From contig NC_068998.1 of NCBI RefSeq assembly GCF_001194135.2, positions 9,018,576 to 9,082,575 of the forward strand: 64,000 nt of DNA. Reading direction: 5' to 3'. The notes beneath the pieces are model-generated. The model was given only the letters and a program-made list of their open reading frames with translations. It had not been told where the DNA came from and ran no database searches. The position numbers were made by a program, and so were the translations under genes. Every line of letters starts with the position of its first letter. The stretch's first letter is position 1. Shown piece after piece: positions 63,295-64,000 of the stretch. The DNA comes from Octopus bimaculoides (Eukaryota).

Positions 63295-63460
63295 GCCTTG
63301 TCAGCAAATTTCTCTAATTAACCAAGGAAGAAAATTGTTAGGAACAAGCCTTGGCTGTGGAATTTCCAATGTCTTGTAAGATTTTGCTTATTAAGCAGTT
63401 CATCTCAATTTCCAAAAGAGTTTTGCAAAGGAACATTCTGGCAACTCTAATCAGTTCACA
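63295..63460 (+). mobile_element. Possible decayed LINE RT remnant
   Basis: [11 protein letters not shown] and AVHLNFQKSFAK resemble the RT motifs PISL..K.L and V.LDF.KAFDK, interrupted by stops. Weak. Confidence 0.3.
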
Positions 63461-63519
63461 CCGTTTTCAAGAAAGCGATTCAGCTGCCTGGAAGACAATG
63501 GAAAGCGCCGTTACTATAA

Positions 63520-63960
63520 CGACTACTGTCACCTCTGTTGCTACTACTGCTAATCTCATCACCACTACCACCAATACTTCTAACACTGCTACCAGCACTG
63601 GCACTACTGCTACTACTACTACTACTACTACTACTACTATCACCACTGCTATCACTACTACCACTTCTACTGCTATTGCTACTAACTATCACCACCTCTA
63701 CTATCACAAGCACCGCTACCACGACCATCAGTAACACTACAGCCACCACTACCAATACTACTACGTCACCACCAATACTACCACTACCAGTACTGCCACC
63801 ACTACTGCCATCACTGCTACTACCACTTCTACTGCTATTGTTGATACTATCACCACCATCACCACCACTACCATTACTACTACTACTGCTGTTACTGCAA
63901 CCACCACTACCAATACTACTACCACCACTGCCATTCAACATTCCTACAACTATTACTAAT
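63520..63960. repeat. (ACT)/(ACC) triplet low-complexity block
   Basis: Source of the poly-Thr/Val/Ser pseudo-ORFs. Confidence 0.9.
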
Positions 63961-64000
63961 AGTTGTCTGTCTGTCTGTCTCTCTCTCTATCTCTCTCTCT

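Overview
Eukaryotic, AT-rich draft-genome sequence with many N gaps and very dense microsatellites. The SINE repertoire and repeat style point to a coleoid cephalopod, probably Octopus (inference). I recognise no host protein-coding exon. Almost every ORF in the supplied track is a translation of (CA)n/(TA)n/(CT)n/triplet repeats or of N gaps. The window is mostly retroelement and DNA-transposon debris: at least three tRNA-type SINE families (my labels SINE-1, -2, -3), RTE and CR1/L2-like LINE remnants, an internally deleted mariner, piggyBac-like MITEs and a 234-bp foldback. The best non-obvious signals are: (1) a hammerhead ribozyme motif with an intact catalytic core and a palindromic stem III (Penelope-type, dimer-acting) on the minus strand at 47411-47502, plus a degenerate second one at 44215-44251; (2) near-perfect plus-strand polypyrimidine-YAG|GTRAGT junctions at 3273 and 28478, with weaker ones elsewhere, that look like recursive-splicing ratchet points and suggest the window lies in a giant plus-strand intron; (3) a 3' tail shared between SINE-1 and a CR1/L2-like LINE, with a covarying stem-loop.
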